In this document: positions 23,673-25,707 of the stretch, piece after piece | How the letters are laid out: the number at the start of each line of letters is the position of its first letter | Position numbering within the stretch: position 1 is the first letter of the stretch | Assembly (NCBI GenBank): GCA_047616465.1 | Contig: JBLHHE010000001.1 | Coordinates: forward strand, 1-25,707 | DNA length: 25,707 nucleotides | Source: Alphaproteobacteria bacterium | GTDB lineage: Bacteria; Pseudomonadota; Alphaproteobacteria; UBA6615 | Reading direction: 5' to 3' | Translations under genes and position numbers: made by a program | The notes under the pieces: model-generated | Told to the model about the DNA's origin: nothing | Database searches by the model: none | The model's input: the letters and a program-made list of their open reading frames with translations, nothing else

Positions 23673-24554
23673 TCATAGCCCCCGATACCATTGCGCCAAC
23701 CCCTGCCCGATTTCGTCGGGCGAGTCTTCCTGGGGGTGGTGCAGCCCCGGCACAGTGATCGTTGTCTGATTGGGCCAGGACCCGATGATATCGAAGTCCC
23801 GACCGAACACGATCTGTCCCGGATCGGCGCGGATAAACAGCTTCGGTATATCGTTACCGGCCATCCAGGCGGCCTGGCTTTCGACCAGGTCGGAGACGTT
23901 TTTCGGCTTGCCCTCGATGGGAATTTCACGCGGCCAGGTCAGGGTCGGCCGCCGGTTCTCGCCATCTCCCTCATAGGGACGCCGGATTTCGGCCATGGTC
24001 TCGGCATCGACCTCGCGCATGACCCCGCCGGTAAATATCGCCTCAACGAAGTAGTTATCCTCGATCACCAGTTTTTCGCCCTCGGGTCCGCGCACCTTGC
24101 GCAAGCGCTCGCCATGACCGTCTGGATATTCGTCATAGGAGGGATGGTTGCGCACCACGATTTCGCAATGGGCGAGCCCCTTGATGCGGTCGGGATGGGC
24201 GACGGCCCAGGTCAGGCCCAACGGTCCGCCCCAATCGTGCATCACCATCGTGACATTATCACCGACATCCAAAGCTTCCAGCGCGCCGTCGAAATAACCC
24301 TGATGTTCAGCCAGGGTGTACGAGCCGGGGCCAGAATCGGGCAGCTTGTCGGAGTCTCCCTGGCCGATATTGTCGATGGCGATGAGCCGCCCCGCGCCCT
24401 CTAGGTGAGGCATGATATTGCGCCACATGTAGGACGAATTGGCGTTGCCGTGAACAAACACGATGGCATCGCCCTCGCCGACATCGACATAGGCCATCTG
24501 CCGGCCCTGCACGGTGAGTTTCTGTTTGGGGTAACGCATCTTCGAATCGATCAT
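23673..24554 (-). CDS. Haloalkane dehalogenase-family protein, paralog 1 (HLD-II / LinB-like)
   Basis: HGNANSSYMWRN, VMHDWG, HCE, TLTWPREIP, GLHHPQEDSP. Start at 24554 aligns with paralog 2 (24539 possible). Confidence 0.9.
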   Translation of the reverse strand: MIDSKMRYPKQKLTVQGRQMAYVDVGEGDAIVFVHGNANSSYMWRNIMPHLEGAGRLIAIDNIGQGDSDKLPDSGPGSYTLAEHQGYFDGALEALDVGDNVTMVMHDWGGPLGLTWAVAHPDRIKGLAHCEIVVRNHPSYDEYPDGHGERLRKVRGPEGEKLVIEDNYFVEAIFTGGVMREVDAETMAEIRRPYEGDGENRRPTLTWPREIPIEGKPKNVSDLVESQAAWMAGNDIPKLFIRADPGQIVFGRDFDIIGSWPNQTTITVPGLHHPQEDSPDEIGQGLAQWYRGL

Positions 24555-24726
24555 TCTTGCACTTCCGTTTAGGGTGACGCGCCGCAATCAACGACTTTTC
24601 CGGGGTTGCACGCAACCGTCCCCCCGCAGGGCTGCTTTGCGCGTTTGCCACTTTATCGCGCCCATGTTCGTGATAGGGTCCGCCGCGCGGACGATAGACT
24701 GATAGGCAGGCAAACGGATTTTCGAC

Positions 24727-25140
24727 ATGGCGGAACATCTCCACCACGTACACTTTTTTACCGAAGACATCGACGCCACCATCGCCTGGTGGCGCGACAT
24801 GCTGGGCGGCGAGGTTATTTATGACGGCGACTTCGGCGGCGCGCGTAATGTGTTCATGCGCGTCGGCAGCGGCCGGCTGCATCTCTACGAGCAAAAACCG
24901 CGCGACGAAGGTAGCGGCGCCGTGCACCATGTCGGCATCCGCACCGACGATCTGGCGGCCCTGGAACAGCGCCTGCGGGCCGCCGGGGTGGGGTTTCGCA
25001 GCGGTATCCGCGATTTCGGCGCCTGGAAGTACATCATGTGCCCGGCGCCGGATAACGTGCTGCTCGAACTCTTCGAGGTCGATGCGAGCCAGTTGGAGGG
25101 CGGCGCGGCTGAATATTTCGGCGACATGCCGGCCGCCTGA
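24727..25140 (+). CDS. VOC (glyoxalase/bleomycin resistance/dioxygenase) family protein
   Basis: LHHVHF...VHHVGIRTDDL...PDNVLLELFE metal-ligand pattern, 137 aa. Confidence 0.88.
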   Translation: MAEHLHHVHFFTEDIDATIAWWRDMLGGEVIYDGDFGGARNVFMRVGSGRLHLYEQKPRDEGSGAVHHVGIRTDDLAALEQRLRAAGVGFRSGIRDFGAWKYIMCPAPDNVLLELFEVDASQLEGGAAEYFGDMPAA

Positions 25141-25170
25141 TCCAGCCCAACCTGAAATTAACGTGATTCT

Positions 25171-25707
25171 GTGACCTCTACGCGCGAAATCGCGCGGCCG
25201 ACCGGCCGCCCCTCGATCGTTTTGCTCGGCGCCCTGGCGGCGTCCGGGCCCTTGGCGTTGAGCATTCATGTTCAGTCGATACCGGCGATCGCGCTGGAGA
25301 TGGGGACCAGCTACACATCGGCCCAGCTCACCGTGTCACTGTTCCTGATAACCTTTGCCTCGGCGCAACTTTTCATTGGCCCGCTGTCCGACAAGATCGG
25401 CCGCCGCCCGGTTATCTTCGGCGGTCTCATTCTGCTGGGCATCGCCAGCATTGGCGCCACCTTCGCGCCCACAATCGAGTTGCTGATCGTGGCGCGCATT
25501 CTCCAGGCGCTCGGCGGTTGCGCCACCCTGGTGGTGCCGAGAGCCATCGTGCAGGACATCTACTCCGGCTCGCAAGCCGTCCGCATGATGGCGTTGGTGG
25601 CGATGATCCAATCGATGGCGCCGCTGACGGCGCCAATCATCGGAGGTGTCCTCGACGCCTTCTTCGGCTGGCGCGCGATCTTCGCTTTTCTGGCGGTCTT
25701 CACCGGA
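25171..25707 (+). CDS. Bcr/CflA-family MFS efflux transporter (3' part runs off the window)
   Basis: Manual translation from GTG 25171: AQLTVSLFL, GPLSDKIGRRPV (MFS motif A), ARILQALGGC, RAIVQD, APLTAPIIGG, GWRAIF. Confidence 0.9.
   Translation, partial: MTSTREIARPTGRPSIVLLGALAASGPLALSIHVQSIPAIALEMGTSYTSAQLTVSLFLITFASAQLFIGPLSDKIGRRPVIFGGLILLGIASIGATFAPTIELLIVARILQALGGCATLVVPRAIVQDIYSGSQAVRMMALVAMIQSMAPLTAPIIGGVLDAFFGWRAIFAFLAVFTG

Noticed and set aside
24631-24649. c-di-GMP-I riboswitch-like words GGCAAAC and GCAAAGC on the minus strand
   Set aside because: They are only 2 nt apart. The P2 GNRA hairpin and tetraloop receptor are missing.

Overview
High-GC alphaproteobacterial chromosomal window (Rhodospirillales-like gene order and regulatory motifs; taxonomy inferred). 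It has about 23 protein-coding loci, one tRNA, and no CRISPR, integrase or transposase. Order: glmU (5' part, runs off the left edge), DUF3108 protein, tRNA-Val(CAC), a GST with an in-frame TAA, SRAP/YedK divergent from class Ia nrdAB, SLC13/TrkA-C permease, YffB-like ArsC-family protein, orphan CoxL/XDH-family large subunit, cysQ, sua5, FAD oxidoreductase, acyl-CoA dehydrogenase, a frameshifted HCCA-isomerase/GST-kappa gene, gmhB plus a ThDP enzyme, an AroE-like protein, an alpha/beta hydrolase with two tandem haloalkane-dehalogenase paralogs, a VOC protein and a partial Bcr/CflA MFS. Best leads: (1) both dehalogenase paralogs have Asn-Ala instead of the family Asn-Pro, the substitution seen in Renilla luciferase; (2) NrdA and the divergent SRAP each carry a QxxLF beta-clamp-like motif, and they share an intergenic region with NrdR, LexA, GANTC and DnaA sites; (3) a candidate ~77-nt sRNA sits exactly 41.5 bp behind a perfect CRP box; (4) a suhB/MmgR-like sRNA candidate follows nrdB; (5) two REP-doublet elements show covarying hairpins. 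All family calls are from motif recognition by eye; no searches were run.
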